From IMG/VR virus record IMGVR_UViG_3300023179_000013, positions 104,947-168,946 of that record: DNA of 64,000 nt; one strand, given 5' to 3'. Made by a program: the position numbers and the translations under genes. Shown piece after piece: positions 19,558 through 29,831 of the stretch; the first letter of the stretch is position 1, and the number at the start of each line of letters is the position of its first letter. This stretch comes from a virus. The notes below the pieces were generated by a model. The model made no database searches and was not told the DNA's origin. It saw only the letters and a list, made by a program, of their open reading frames with translations.

Positions 19558-20476
19558 ATTAACTGAAGTTGAACTGAAAGTTAAGAACTTTACCCCACCA
19601 GAAATCAATCACGCATTTCAGCGTACTGTATCTTACTCTCAATTTTCAATGTACTCAACATGTCCACATCAGTGGTATTTAAGCTACGTTGAAAATAAAC
19701 AACCATATCAAGCTAGCATCCACACTGTGTTTGGAACTTCATTCCATGAAACACTCCAAGAATATATTAATACAATGTATAATGTGAGTGGAGTAGCCGC
19801 TGATAAAATGGATCTAGAAGCTTTATTCACTGAACGCTTTAGGGAAGTATACAGAAGAGAATATGAAAAAACAGGAGAGCATTTTAGCAATCCATTTGAA
19901 ATGAGAGCATTTTTTGAAGATGGAATAGCAATTCTGAGTTGGATTAAAGCAAGACGAAATAAATTATTTACAATACGTAAAGTAAAACTACTAGGTATAG
20001 AGTTACCTCTGCTAGTAGGAGTAAGTAAAAACATATTCCTAAAAGGATTTATTGATTTTATCTTATACGACACCGAACTAAATAAAGTTTACATTTATGA
20101 CATCAAAACCTCGACGCGTGGATGGGGCGAAAGAGAAAAGAAGGACGATACTAAACTCTCTCAAATCCTCCTTTATAAAGAGTACTTTGCAAAACAATTC
20201 GGACTCGACGTTGATCGAATCGAAGTTGAATACTTTATTGTCAAACGAAAAATTTGGGAAGAGTCTGAATACCCAATTCCCAGGGTTCAATCCTTCAAGC
20301 CCGCTAGTGGAAAATCCAAAAGACGACAAGCAGTAGATAATTTTAATGCTTTTGTACAAGATTGCTTTGATGAAAGTGGTAAACCTAAAATTAAGTCGTA
20401 CATTAAAAATGTAGGTGAAAGCAGCTGCAAATGGTGTCCCTATGCAGATAAACCAGAACTTTGTAATAAACAGTGA
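19544..20476 (+). CDS. PD-(D/E)XK exonuclease (RecB/AddB/Cas4-like)
   Basis: SYSQ..CP, FGTSFHE, GFID, YDIKT, C-terminal CKWCPY..C. Confidence 0.8.
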   Translation: MTKSKLTEVELKVKNFTPPEINHAFQRTVSYSQFSMYSTCPHQWYLSYVENKQPYQASIHTVFGTSFHETLQEYINTMYNVSGVAADKMDLEALFTERFREVYRREYEKTGEHFSNPFEMRAFFEDGIAILSWIKARRNKLFTIRKVKLLGIELPLLVGVSKNIFLKGFIDFILYDTELNKVYIYDIKTSTRGWGEREKKDDTKLSQILLYKEYFAKQFGLDVDRIEVEYFIVKRKIWEESEYPIPRVQSFKPASGKSKRRQAVDNFNAFVQDCFDESGKPKIKSYIKNVGESSCKWCPYADKPELCNKQ

Positions 20477-20748
20477 GAACAGCAATATACGTTTTAAAAA
20501 GAAATAATGAAATAGTTTATTTGGGTAAAAGTACAAACCCATATGAACGTTGGAAATTCCATCGCCGTAGCCGTAAATTTGGTAAAGAATTAGTAATGGA
20601 AATAGTAGATGAATTTAATGATATGGAGCTAGAATGGATATTAAAATTACAAGCAAATGGTACATTGCTGGAAAATAAAACACTAAACACCAATTCTAAT
20701 AATGATTGGAAAATTGGTGATTCTTATTCAAAACTTAAAACAAAATAA
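20473..20748 (+). CDS. Minimal GIY-YIG domain protein
   Basis: AIY...YLGKS..ERWKFH...E...N. Confidence 0.6.
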   Translation: MRTAIYVLKRNNEIVYLGKSTNPYERWKFHRRSRKFGKELVMEIVDEFNDMELEWILKLQANGTLLENKTLNTNSNNDWKIGDSYSKLKTK

Positions 20749-20792
20749 CGCGTTTTCGTATCTTCGTATATATTTATATCAAAATATAATAT

Positions 20793-20990
20793 ATGGCAAA
20801 ATCAAATATGCAATTAACAAGCGTAAAGATTCCTGAAGACTTATTTGAACAATTCAAAATTGCATGTGTAAAGTACAAATTCAGCGTACAAAAATTAACA
20901 GAACGTTGTATGTTTATGTATTTAACAGATGAAGAATTTAGAAAACAAGTTCACAATCAATTAGACACTAATTTTACAGGAAGCATTTAA
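20793..20990 (+). CDS. Ribbon-helix-helix DNA-binding protein
   Basis: TSVKIPEDLFEQFK beta-alpha-alpha pattern. Confidence 0.55.
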   Translation: MAKSNMQLTSVKIPEDLFEQFKIACVKYKFSVQKLTERCMFMYLTDEEFRKQVHNQLDTNFTGSI

Positions 20991-20999
20991 AAAACAATT

Positions 21000-22457
21000 A
21001 TGAAAGAAGGTTATATTGAACAATCAAAACGTAAGAAAATCTTACTGTTATGTGATGATATCAGAATGACTTCTGGTATTTCTACAATGGCTCGTGAAAT
21101 CGTAGTAGGTACATCACATCATTACAACTGGGTTAACGTTGGTGGAGCTATTAACCATCCTGATCAGGGCAAACGCTTTGATTTAAATGAGGATACTAAT
21201 AGACATGCTGGTATTAACGATGCTAGTGTTATATTATATCCGATTAATGGTTATGGTGATCCAATGTTTTTAAAGCAAATGATTGCCCTGGAAAAACCAG
21301 ATGCATTGATGATGTTTACCGATCCTCGCTATTGGGTTTGGTTATTTCAGATGGAACATGAAATCAGAAAAACTATTCCTATTATTTATCTTAATATTTG
21401 GGATGACTTACCTTATCCAATGTACAATAAGTCATTCTACGAATCATGTGATGCATTACTTGCAATCAGTAAACAAACAGAAAATCTAAACAGAGCAGTA
21501 TTAGGAGCAGAATTATCAACTGAAAAAGTAATCAAATATGTTCCTCATGGTATTAATGAGAATATATTCTTCCCTATTACTAAAGAACATCCCGAATACT
21601 TAGCATTACAAGATTTTAAGAAACAATTATTTAAAGAAAAAGAATACGATTTTGTATTACACTATAATGCTAGAAACATTCGTCGTAAGTCGGTTCCCGA
21701 TTTGATGTTAGCTTGGAAAATATTCATGGATAAATTATCTGATGATGCTAAAAAGAAATGTGCCTTTGTACTCCACACTCAACCAGTAGATGAAAATGGA
21801 ACAGATTTATATGCTGTAAAAGATATGTTATTTGGTAATTATGAATATAATATTATATTTGAACAGGGTCGTTATTCATCAAATGTAATGAATTTACTTT
21901 ATAATGCTACTGATATTACAGCATTAATTTCATCTAACGAAGGTTGGGGATTATCACTTACAGAAGCAATGATGTGTGGTAAGCCAATTATTGGTACTGT
22001 AACAGGTGGTATGCAAGACCAAATGCGCTTTGAAGATGAAAATGGTGAATGGATTAAATTCACTGAAGAATTTGGATCTAACCATAGAGGTAAATATAAA
22101 AAACACGGAAAATGGGCCTACCCAGTATTCCCATCTAACCTCTCCCTTGTAGGTTCTATTCCAACTCCTTATATCTTTGATGATAGAGCAGAACCATTTG
22201 ATATTGCAGATCAAATTAGTCGCGCTTATATTGATAAAATGAGTGACCCTAAAGAATGGGAAGAAAAAGGAAAAGCAGCTCGTGAGTGGGTTACCTCAGA
22301 TGAATCTATGCAATCTGCAAGATGGATGTGTAAAAATACCATCGATGGTATAGATGCTACTTTTGAAAAGTGGACTCCTCGTCATAGATTTGAACTCATT
22401 CAAGTAGAAACTCGTAAACAACCTAAACATTTCGTTAAACACGTTATCGCAAAATAA
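21000..22457 (+). CDS. GT-B (GT4) glycosyltransferase
   Basis: VPHGI, RNIRRK, EGWGLSLTEAM. Confidence 0.85.
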   Translation: MKEGYIEQSKRKKILLLCDDIRMTSGISTMAREIVVGTSHHYNWVNVGGAINHPDQGKRFDLNEDTNRHAGINDASVILYPINGYGDPMFLKQMIALEKPDALMMFTDPRYWVWLFQMEHEIRKTIPIIYLNIWDDLPYPMYNKSFYESCDALLAISKQTENLNRAVLGAELSTEKVIKYVPHGINENIFFPITKEHPEYLALQDFKKQLFKEKEYDFVLHYNARNIRRKSVPDLMLAWKIFMDKLSDDAKKKCAFVLHTQPVDENGTDLYAVKDMLFGNYEYNIIFEQGRYSSNVMNLLYNATDITALISSNEGWGLSLTEAMMCGKPIIGTVTGGMQDQMRFEDENGEWIKFTEEFGSNHRGKYKKHGKWAYPVFPSNLSLVGSIPTPYIFDDRAEPFDIADQISRAYIDKMSDPKEWEEKGKAAREWVTSDESMQSARWMCKNTIDGIDATFEKWTPRHRFELIQVETRKQPKHFVKHVIAK

Positions 22458-22458
22458 T

Positions 22459-23769
22459 ATGAAACAATTAATAATAGTAAGTTGTCCTATTGACACATAT
22501 TCTGGTTATGGTGCTCGCTCAAGAGATATTGTAAAAGCGCTTTTAAAAGCTAATAAATACGATGTCAAAATCCTCCCACAGAGATGGGGTAATACACCTT
22601 TTGGATTTTTACAAGCAGATAATCCTGAGCATAAGCAAATTCTAGATTGTTTCCTTCAGCAACCACAACTACCACGCCAACCAGATTGCTGGATTCAAAT
22701 CACAGTACCAAATGAATTCCAGCCAATAGGTAAATTTAACATTGGTATTACAGCAGGTATTGAAACAACGGTATGTGCTCCTGAATGGATTGATGGTGTT
22801 AATAGAATGAATTTAACATTAGTATCGTCTGAACATGCTAAGAAAGTATTTGAACAATCAGCATTTGAACAACGTGACCAACAATCAGGTCAAGTTATAA
22901 GAAATATTAAACTTGAAAAACCAGTAGAGGTATTATTTGAAGGTGTTGATACTAGCATTTATGAAAAAATAGATGCTGTTAATGATAGTGAAGTATGGGA
23001 TGTATTAGATTCAATCGATGAAGAATTTAATTTCCTATATGTTGGTCATTGGTTGCAAGGTGAATTAGGACAAGATAGAAAAGATACAGGTATGTTAGTT
23101 AAAACGTTCCTTGAAACGTTTAAAGGTAAAAAAACAAAACCGGGTCTTATTATGAAAACATCTTCTGCTACTTATTCAATTATGGATAGAGAAGAGATTA
23201 TTGATAAAATTAATAGAATTCGTGAGGCAGTAGGAGATGAAAATTTACCTAACATCTATGTATTACATGGTGAATTAACAGATAATGAAGTAAATGAATT
23301 ATATAATCACCCTAAAGTAAAAGCACACGTTACATTTACTAAAGGTGAAGGATTCGGTCGCCCATTACTTGAAGCATCAGTTAGTCAAAAACCAGTAATT
23401 GCCCCCAATTGGAGTGGACATGTTGATTTTCTTGGCCCTGAACTGTCAATATTACTGCCTGGCCAAATTACCCAGATTCATCCTTCAGCAGTAGTACAAA
23501 ATATGCTTATTCCTGAATCAGGATGGTTTACAGTTGATTATAAAATAGCTTCTGAAACACTAGAAAGCGTTTATAAGAACTATAAAAAATATCTTGATGG
23601 AGCAAAACGCCAAGCATATATTTCCCGTACTGAATTCAATTTAGACAAAATGGCTGAAAAATTGAATGACATTATTGAGGAAAAAGTACCTAAACAAGTA
23701 GCACTTAAATTGCCTACATTAAAGAAAATCGAGTTACCTAAACTTAAAAAGGTAGATGATGCAAAATAA
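22459..23769 (+). CDS. GT-B (GT4) glycosyltransferase
   Basis: SGYG, DRKD, GEGFGRPLLEA. Confidence 0.85.
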   Translation: MKQLIIVSCPIDTYSGYGARSRDIVKALLKANKYDVKILPQRWGNTPFGFLQADNPEHKQILDCFLQQPQLPRQPDCWIQITVPNEFQPIGKFNIGITAGIETTVCAPEWIDGVNRMNLTLVSSEHAKKVFEQSAFEQRDQQSGQVIRNIKLEKPVEVLFEGVDTSIYEKIDAVNDSEVWDVLDSIDEEFNFLYVGHWLQGELGQDRKDTGMLVKTFLETFKGKKTKPGLIMKTSSATYSIMDREEIIDKINRIREAVGDENLPNIYVLHGELTDNEVNELYNHPKVKAHVTFTKGEGFGRPLLEASVSQKPVIAPNWSGHVDFLGPELSILLPGQITQIHPSAVVQNMLIPESGWFTVDYKIASETLESVYKNYKKYLDGAKRQAYISRTEFNLDKMAEKLNDIIEEKVPKQVALKLPTLKKIELPKLKKVDDAK

Positions 23770-23813
23770 TACAGGTGCTATAATCTATACTTTTCAAAAT
23801 AATACATTAAGTT

Positions 23814-24206
23814 ATGAAAGAATCACTTATCGTTTGTCCTAGATGCGGCTCAAATGCTTGTCACGAAGCATCAAATGAAAAATTCACAATGTGGAGTTGC
23901 TTTGGATGTGGGTTTACTTCAAATTCAACAATGATTGAAGAAAACATTGAACAAACAGAAGAAGTACTTCCTGAATTGTATAAAGCACTTCGATTTAAAG
24001 ATGAAAAAGGATATCATTGGTATCCAATTGCTTTAACATTTGATGATAAATCAATGGTATTTGCTGAAGGCACATCTGTTGAAACATGGAAATGGTCCGC
24101 AGTACAAGCCAAAGAAGGCAAACCAGATATGACAACTAAAAAAGAATTTGAAGAGCGTGACTTTATGGAAGCGCTTGATTATGTAGGTTATTTTAATCAA
24201 AAGTAA
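23814..24206 (+). CDS. Zinc-ribbon protein
   Basis: CPRC...CFGC. Confidence 0.55.
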   Translation: MKESLIVCPRCGSNACHEASNEKFTMWSCFGCGFTSNSTMIEENIEQTEEVLPELYKALRFKDEKGYHWYPIALTFDDKSMVFAEGTSVETWKWSAVQAKEGKPDMTTKKEFEERDFMEALDYVGYFNQK

Positions 24207-24207
24207 T

Positions 24208-24834
24208 ATGTCTACAATTAGCTTTGCTATTACAGCACACAACGAACACGTTGAATTAAAACGTTTATTAGATCAAATTGTATCATTTATTCGTCCTGAA
24301 GATGAAATTTTAGTTCAATTAGATTCTAATTCAACTACTGAGGTACAAAACGTAGCTCAAAGTTATGGAATAGGAACCAAATATGAATATCATAGAGTAT
24401 TTGCTTCATTAAATGGTGATTTTGCTTCGTTTAAAAATAATTTAAAATCACTTTGTACTCGTGATTGGGTATTTTTTATTGATGCTGATGAATATTTAAG
24501 TGATGATTTAAAAGATAATATCTATGAAATCTTGAATATGAATAAAGGACTGGTAGATGTTATTGCATTACCTCGTATTAACACAGTTGAAGGATTAACT
24601 CGCGACCACATTGATAAGTGGCGTTGGTTTGTAGACGATAATGGTTGGGTTAATTACCCTGATTATCAGACTCGTATCTGCGCTAATAAAAAAGAAATAA
24701 CGTGGATTAATAAAGTACACGAGCGTCTTACAGGTTGGAAGACAATAGCAAATTTACCTTCAGGATATGATTTAATGCATCCTAAAACGATTGATAGACA
24801 AGAAAAACAAAATAAACTTTACGAAACATTATGA
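24208..24834 (+). CDS. GT2 glycosyltransferase
   Basis: ITAHNE, WVFFIDADE, PDYQTR, VHE. Confidence 0.85.
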   Translation: MSTISFAITAHNEHVELKRLLDQIVSFIRPEDEILVQLDSNSTTEVQNVAQSYGIGTKYEYHRVFASLNGDFASFKNNLKSLCTRDWVFFIDADEYLSDDLKDNIYEILNMNKGLVDVIALPRINTVEGLTRDHIDKWRWFVDDNGWVNYPDYQTRICANKKEITWINKVHERLTGWKTIANLPSGYDLMHPKTIDRQEKQNKLYETL

Positions 24835-25235
24835 GTAACAGAAAGTATCTCCCCACATTAAGTGAATTAGTTGATCGCTTAAGTATTGTTCAACTTAAAG
24901 AAGTATTTATTCCTGAACATAAAGCAGAATATGCTGAAGAAATCAAAGCAATTGTGCATGACATTCAGTTATACTTAGATGAAAGTAAAGAACCAGTTAC
25001 AGCAGAAACAATTCGAGCCGTTGTAGTATTATCCCAAATGAATCTTCATATTTGGCACAATGAATCTAACTACCGCAAAGGAATTAAAGATGGTAATAAC
25101 CTTGAATTAACCCACGGTTTAAATGGTATTCGTAATACTGCCAAAAACAAGATTCAAGAAGTAATGGGTGGTCGTAAAGATTATAAAATTGACTGCTTGG
25201 CCGCTGAATTTAAAGATTGGGATATATCATGGTAA
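24831..25235 (+). CDS. Helical hypothetical protein (DUF4254-like)
   Basis: ELVDRLSIVQLK, NLHIWHNE. Confidence 0.45.
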   Translation: MSNRKYLPTLSELVDRLSIVQLKEVFIPEHKAEYAEEIKAIVHDIQLYLDESKEPVTAETIRAVVVLSQMNLHIWHNESNYRKGIKDGNNLELTHGLNGIRNTAKNKIQEVMGGRKDYKIDCLAAEFKDWDISW

Positions 25236-25630
25236 AAGTATGGGTAAATGGTTCCTTTGATGTTCTTCATTTAGGGCATCTTAAACTATTAGAATACGCT
25301 AATTCATTTGGTCGTGTTCGAGTAGGAATTGATACTGATGAACGAATCCGAGAAAAGAAAGGACCCTCTCGCCCATACAATACACTAAAAGATAGAGTAG
25401 AATTTTTATATTCTTTAAGAAGTGTAGAAGATGTTGTTATATTTGGTTCAGATGATGAATTAATCCAACAAATTAAAGAATATAAACCTAAAATTATGGT
25501 TATAGGAAATGACTATAATTTAGAAGCAGTTATAGGAAAAGAATATATCCCTGAAATTAAATTTTTTAATAAATTACCTGGTAAATCAACCAGCAAAATT
25601 TTAAGTTATGGAAAAACCAACGGTTTGTGA
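25229..25630 (+). CDS. Cytidylyl/adenylyltransferase (RfaE domain II, HldC-like)
   Basis: NGSFDVLHLGH, KGPSRP, GNDY, STS; ATG 25229. Confidence 0.85.
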   Translation: MVKVWVNGSFDVLHLGHLKLLEYANSFGRVRVGIDTDERIREKKGPSRPYNTLKDRVEFLYSLRSVEDVVIFGSDDELIQQIKEYKPKIMVIGNDYNLEAVIGKEYIPEIKFFNKLPGKSTSKILSYGKTNGL

Positions 25631-25979
25631 AGGTTGCAAAGTACCCAAAGGGTGGGGTGAAGAACTAATTATTGAAAATAATGAAAAATACTGTGGTAAG
25701 CTTCTTATATTCAAAGCAGGATGCAAATTCAGTATGCATTATCATTTAATTAAAGATGAAACATGGTATGTAGACAAAGGTACTTTTCTGTATAGATGGA
25801 TTGATACTGAAACAGCAGAAGTACATGAAGAACATCTTAAACCAGGAAATATAGTTAGACAACGCCCTGGTCAACCACATCAGTTGGAAGCCTTAGAAGA
25901 AGGTACTATATTTGAAGTATCAACTCAACACTTTGACTCTGATTCATACCGTGTATGGAAAGGAGATTCACAAAAATAA
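25608..25979 (+). CDS. Cupin, sugar isomerase-like
   Basis: KGWGEE, SMHYH..KDETW, EVST. Confidence 0.75.
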   Translation: MEKPTVCEGCKVPKGWGEELIIENNEKYCGKLLIFKAGCKFSMHYHLIKDETWYVDKGTFLYRWIDTETAEVHEEHLKPGNIVRQRPGQPHQLEALEEGTIFEVSTQHFDSDSYRVWKGDSQK

Positions 25980-25986
25980 ATTAATA

Positions 25987-26943
25987 ATGAAAGTAGTATA
26001 CGTAACAGGCTGTTTAGGATTTATAGGCTCATATGTTACTAGGGCTTGTCTTGAAAAGGGATGGTATGTTAAAGGTATAGATAAAATAACATATGCCGCT
26101 AATAAAGAATTACTTGATGAATTTAAACAATACTCTAATTTTTCATTTGTTCATTGCGACATCAATGATTTAAAATTTCTTTATGAATGTGACTATATCA
26201 TCAATACAGCAGCTGAAACACACGTAGGTAACTCAATTGCTAATAGTGATGAATTTGTCCATTCCAATATCAATGGTGTTCACCATTTATTAGAATTAAT
26301 CAAAAATTACAGACAAGAAACATCAAAAACACCAATTCTTCTTCACTTTAGTACAGATGAAGTATATGGTGATATTGAAGAAGGGGCTCATACTGAAACA
26401 GACCTACTCAAACCAAGCAATCCATACTCAGCAACTAAAGCTGCTGCTGATATGTTAGTATTAGCTTGGAGTAGAACATATAATTTGCCTTATATTATTG
26501 TTAGACCAACTAACAATTATGGTGTTGGGCAGTATGTTGAAAAATTAATTCCCAAAGCATGCAAATATCTTAAATTAGGAAAGAAAATTCCATTACATGA
26601 TAATGGAACACCAATTCGTAACTGGTTACATGCTGCCGACACTGCTGAGGCAGTAATTGCTATTGTTGAAAGTGGGGTTAAAAACGAAATATACAATATT
26701 GCTGGTGGGTTTGAACAATCAAACTGGGATACTGTAAATAAAGTAGTAAAAGTATATAATAATTATCTTTATTCTTATTCTGTAGAACCCTATTTAGATT
26801 TATCTTTTTCAAGGGCAGGACAAGATGTTCGTTATGCTTTAGATGATTCTAAACTAAGAGCATTAGGTTGGAAGCCAAGAAAACAATTTGATAATGAATT
26901 ACCAAGCATTATAGAATATTACAAAGAAAAATTCATTTGGTAA
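25987..26943 (+). CDS. rmlB: dTDP-glucose 4,6-dehydratase
   Basis: DKITYA, AAETHV, STDEVYG, YSATKA, NNYG; ATG 25987. Confidence 0.88.
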   Translation: MKVVYVTGCLGFIGSYVTRACLEKGWYVKGIDKITYAANKELLDEFKQYSNFSFVHCDINDLKFLYECDYIINTAAETHVGNSIANSDEFVHSNINGVHHLLELIKNYRQETSKTPILLHFSTDEVYGDIEEGAHTETDLLKPSNPYSATKAAADMLVLAWSRTYNLPYIIVRPTNNYGVGQYVEKLIPKACKYLKLGKKIPLHDNGTPIRNWLHAADTAEAVIAIVESGVKNEIYNIAGGFEQSNWDTVNKVVKVYNNYLYSYSVEPYLDLSFSRAGQDVRYALDDSKLRALGWKPRKQFDNELPSIIEYYKEKFIW

Positions 26944-27494
26944 TGAAATATCAATCCCATCCTATATTTCCAGAAGTAATAATTTTTACTCCAAATGTAT
27001 ATTTTGATGAACGTGGATATTTTTTAGAATCATTCAATCAAAACATAAAGGATATTCTTAAGGTTGATTTCCCTCAGGATAATCATTCAAAATCTCACAG
27101 ATATGTTTTTAGAGGTTTACACTACCATTATAACAAACCAATGGGTAAACTTTTAAGAGTGGTGAGTGGAAATGGAATTGGTGTAATATTAGATATTAGA
27201 AAAAATTCCCCAACATATTCTAAATATGCTTTGATTGGATTAAATGATACTGATAATAATATATTATGGACACCCCCCGGATTTGCTCAGGGGTTTTTAT
27301 CTTTAGAAAATAATACCCATTTGTGTTATAAATGTACCACTGTTAGAAATGCTCAATATGAAGGAACAATTCATGTATTTGATCCAGAATTAAAAATAGA
27401 TTTGGGATTAAACAGAAATAGTATTATATTGTCAGATAAAGATAAAAACGCTGATTCTTTCGAAACGTATAACAATAATCCTAAATTTATATGA
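26943..27494 (+). CDS. rmlC: dTDP-4-dehydrorhamnose 3,5-epimerase
   Basis: DERGYFLE, QDNHS, FRGLH, PPGFA, LSDKD. Confidence 0.85.
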   Translation: MKYQSHPIFPEVIIFTPNVYFDERGYFLESFNQNIKDILKVDFPQDNHSKSHRYVFRGLHYHYNKPMGKLLRVVSGNGIGVILDIRKNSPTYSKYALIGLNDTDNNILWTPPGFAQGFLSLENNTHLCYKCTTVRNAQYEGTIHVFDPELKIDLGLNRNSIILSDKDKNADSFETYNNNPKFI

Positions 27495-28012
27495 TAAAAT
27501 TATCAAACGGAAAAGGACAATTAGGTGATAAATTAAAAGAAAAATTTAAAGATTACAATGTAGAAACAGATGTAACTATTTATCATACCTGGAAAGTCCC
27601 TCATTTGTATGAACCTAAACCGGGAGAAGAGGAATCAATACAGAAAAATGAATATTTAAAATTAGTTGAGTTTTCAAAAAACAATCCTGATACTAAAATT
27701 ATTTTTATTTCAACTAACTCAAATAGGCCTACTATCTATACTTACTACAAAGAATTAGCAGAAGCTTATCTTTTATTAAATCATAAGTCTTGTGTTATAT
27801 TAAAATTTCCTGTTTTTATAGGAAAAGGAATATTACCTAAATTAAAATCAGGTGAATTAAAACCATATGGGGTAACAGAAATAATTACTTTAGATAAAGT
27901 AGTAAACGCTATTGAAGAATTCATATCATATGATGGTTTAAAAAGAGTATTTACAATAGAAGGAGAAAAAATAGAGGCAAAAACTATAGTAGAAATATTA
28001 AAAGTACAATGA
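27491..28012 (+). CDS. Short RmlD-like SDR reductase
   Basis: GKGQLG, FIST, YTYYK; only 173 aa. Confidence 0.5.
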   Translation: MIKLSNGKGQLGDKLKEKFKDYNVETDVTIYHTWKVPHLYEPKPGEEESIQKNEYLKLVEFSKNNPDTKIIFISTNSNRPTIYTYYKELAEAYLLLNHKSCVILKFPVFIGKGILPKLKSGELKPYGVTEIITLDKVVNAIEEFISYDGLKRVFTIEGEKIEAKTIVEILKVQ

Positions 28013-28923
28013 TTACTAAAGTTACATATCATATAATGCCGTGGGAAATTGATTATGCTCTTACGTCATTTATTCAATTTAAAAAGTCTAAATATTATCT
28101 TCAAAAAGAAGATAAAGTTAAAATAGATTCATTCCTTAATTTATCTAATTATCTGATTGATTGGGATAAAAGTAAATTACCTAAAGAATTTTTTATTCAA
28201 AAATATAAAGACTTATCTAATCTACTTATTGATTATGATCACACTCCTTTCATATATGAAGGAGATGAAGTGTTTGGTATATTAGATAAGCAAAGAATGG
28301 CATATGATTCTGAAGTAGATTACTACGTTGAATTATGCCCAGACATGTATTTCAGCGAGACATTACTTGCTTCATTAATAGAGGCAGCTAAAGTAATACC
28401 TAATAAATATTTTGCAATAACCCCACAATTATACAAAATGTGGGACTGGACGTGGGATGTATTGGTAGCTGATAGACACATGAATGTACCTTATGATCAA
28501 TGGGATAAAGCAGATTTATTCGATATTAGATGGGATTTTAAAAACACCGGACTAGAAAGACAACTTAAAACATCCCCAGTAAGTAAATGGTGTAATTGGT
28601 TTGATTTATACAACAAAGCATTTTATGAAGAAATGATTCCAGTACATGATGATTGGCATGGATATGGCCCTGGAGACACATATGGAATGATAATATCTGA
28701 ATATGCTAAAAGCAAAGGAGCCGACTTTCAGCAATATATCTTAGAAGGTGAACTTATATTCGAATACCCAATAGGGCCACTTAAACAACGAAATTGGACT
28801 AGTGTTTATAGAGATATGATTGTAACCAAAGATGTTCCTAATCAAAGACAAGCATTTGAGGCAAAGTTTAATCATTATATTAATAAAGGAATTCAACAAT
28901 TAATTGATAAAAAGATTATCTGA
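28009..28923 (+). CDS. Putative GT-A-like glycosyltransferase
   Basis: CPDMYF, GYGPGD; island context. Confidence 0.4.
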   Translation: MITKVTYHIMPWEIDYALTSFIQFKKSKYYLQKEDKVKIDSFLNLSNYLIDWDKSKLPKEFFIQKYKDLSNLLIDYDHTPFIYEGDEVFGILDKQRMAYDSEVDYYVELCPDMYFSETLLASLIEAAKVIPNKYFAITPQLYKMWDWTWDVLVADRHMNVPYDQWDKADLFDIRWDFKNTGLERQLKTSPVSKWCNWFDLYNKAFYEEMIPVHDDWHGYGPGDTYGMIISEYAKSKGADFQQYILEGELIFEYPIGPLKQRNWTSVYRDMIVTKDVPNQRQAFEAKFNHYINKGIQQLIDKKII

Positions 28924-29792
28924 TGAAAATATTTTCTAATTTTAGACCTGAAGATAGTCCTGTATATGATGGGTTAAAGGCATTAAATAAACCTATTACC
29001 TTTTTTTATGATTATGTTCCTCAAAATATAGAACAACTTCAAATTAATCCTTATAATTTCATAATGCTCCATGAACCCAATGAATTCTTTGGAATGCATA
29101 CCTGGGTTCTCAATAATTATCATTTATTTAATGGAGTATTAACATGGAATGAAGAATTATTAAATAAATGCCCTAATGCTATCTTATTTCACCATATTGG
29201 AGAAGGAGGATGTGGAATGAAAGCAAATAACTATTTAGAAGAATTTAATATAGAATATCCTAATAAATCATTTAACGTAAGTTATTTAAGCGGAGCTAAA
29301 TCATTAGTTGAGGGACACAAATTAAGACAAGAAATATATAAAATAGGAGACCAAATTAGTATTCCTAAAAAATGGTTCTATACGTTAGATGATTTTAATA
29401 AAGAAAATTTTGAAAAAGGAGGAGTTGGACGCCCTGATAATATTTGGCCCTCTAAAAAAATATGTTATATTGATACCATGTTTAGCATTAGTGTAGAGAA
29501 TATTAAAGCAAACAATTGGTACACAGAAAAAATCACAGATGCCTTTGCTACTAAAACAGTTCCTATTTTTTGGGGATGTCCCAATTTGGGGGAATTAGGA
29601 TATGATGAAAGAGGAATTTTAAGATTTGAAACTATCCCTGAACTTATATCCATGATAAATTCTCTCACCCCAGAAATGTATTATGATAGAATACCTTATA
29701 TAGAACACAATTGTGAAATTATAAAACACCATCGAGTTAAAGATAAATTGGAAAATTTCTTTAAAGAAATAATTGAACTCAACAATCTTTAA
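28923..29792 (+). CDS. GT10 (fucosyltransferase)-like glycosyltransferase
   Basis: FSISVEN...YTEKITDAF..KTVPIFWG. Confidence 0.7.
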   Translation: MKIFSNFRPEDSPVYDGLKALNKPITFFYDYVPQNIEQLQINPYNFIMLHEPNEFFGMHTWVLNNYHLFNGVLTWNEELLNKCPNAILFHHIGEGGCGMKANNYLEEFNIEYPNKSFNVSYLSGAKSLVEGHKLRQEIYKIGDQISIPKKWFYTLDDFNKENFEKGGVGRPDNIWPSKKICYIDTMFSISVENIKANNWYTEKITDAFATKTVPIFWGCPNLGELGYDERGILRFETIPELISMINSLTPEMYYDRIPYIEHNCEIIKHHRVKDKLENFFKEIIELNNL

Positions 29793-29831
29793 TAGATACT
29801 TATATATTTATATCAAACAATTAAATAGACT

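Noticed and set aside
19544-20476. CRISPR-Cas system suggested by the Cas4-like nuclease
   Set aside because: No repeat-spacer array or other cas genes seen; such nucleases are common in phages
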